The notes below the pieces were generated by a model that worked only from the letters and a program-made list of their open reading frames with translations, ran no database searches and was not told the origin of the DNA. The translations under genes were made by a program, and so were the position numbers. 14,325 bases of DNA. Origin: Caedimonas varicaedens (lineage in GTDB: Bacteria; Pseudomonadota; Alphaproteobacteria; Caedimonadales; Caedimonadaceae). Shown here in pieces: positions 14,324 to 14,325 of this stretch (the first letter of the stretch is position 1; each line of letters begins with the position of its first letter). The stretch covers positions 1 to 14,325 of the forward strand of contig BBVC01000005.1 of NCBI GenBank assembly GCA_001192655.1, given 5' to 3'.

Positions 14324-14325
14324 TA

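Overview
This is an AT-rich (roughly 40% GC by eye) bacterial chromosomal window. It holds 11 apparently intact protein genes and one decayed insertion sequence. Order, left to right: IS5-family transposase remnant (-), ProP-type MFS transporter (-), Mrp/ApbC Fe-S carrier ATPase (-). A co-directional block follows on the + strand: hflK-hflC-degP(htrA)-rluD-rpoH, then an orphan SPOR-like lipoprotein flanked by long AT-rich spacers, a TerC-family membrane protein, and a minimalist bifunctional PutA. The window ends with a convergent short MarR-family regulator (-). The hflKC-htrA and rluD-rpoH adjacencies suggest an alphaproteobacterium, and the low GC and IS decay suggest a host-associated lineage; both are inference only. 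I saw no rRNA, tRNA or CRISPR array. I also found no convincing multi-gene novel system (defence, secretion or biosynthetic); most of the window is core housekeeping and proteostasis. The items most worth a second look are small-scale: (1) the hflC-degP spacer, which is GC-enriched, carries nested inverted repeats and is exactly spanned by a 57-codon ORF below the track cut-off; (2) the AT-rich rpoH-terC segment with the orphan SPOR-like gene and a possible HTH relic; (3) a probable non-canonical (ATT) start for putA; (4) an intrinsic terminator whose T-tract abuts the rluD ATG; (5) a perfect 9-2-9 palindrome over the SD of a short MarR gene at the window edge; (6) an IS remnant that keeps an in-phase A_AAA_AAG frameshift heptamer.
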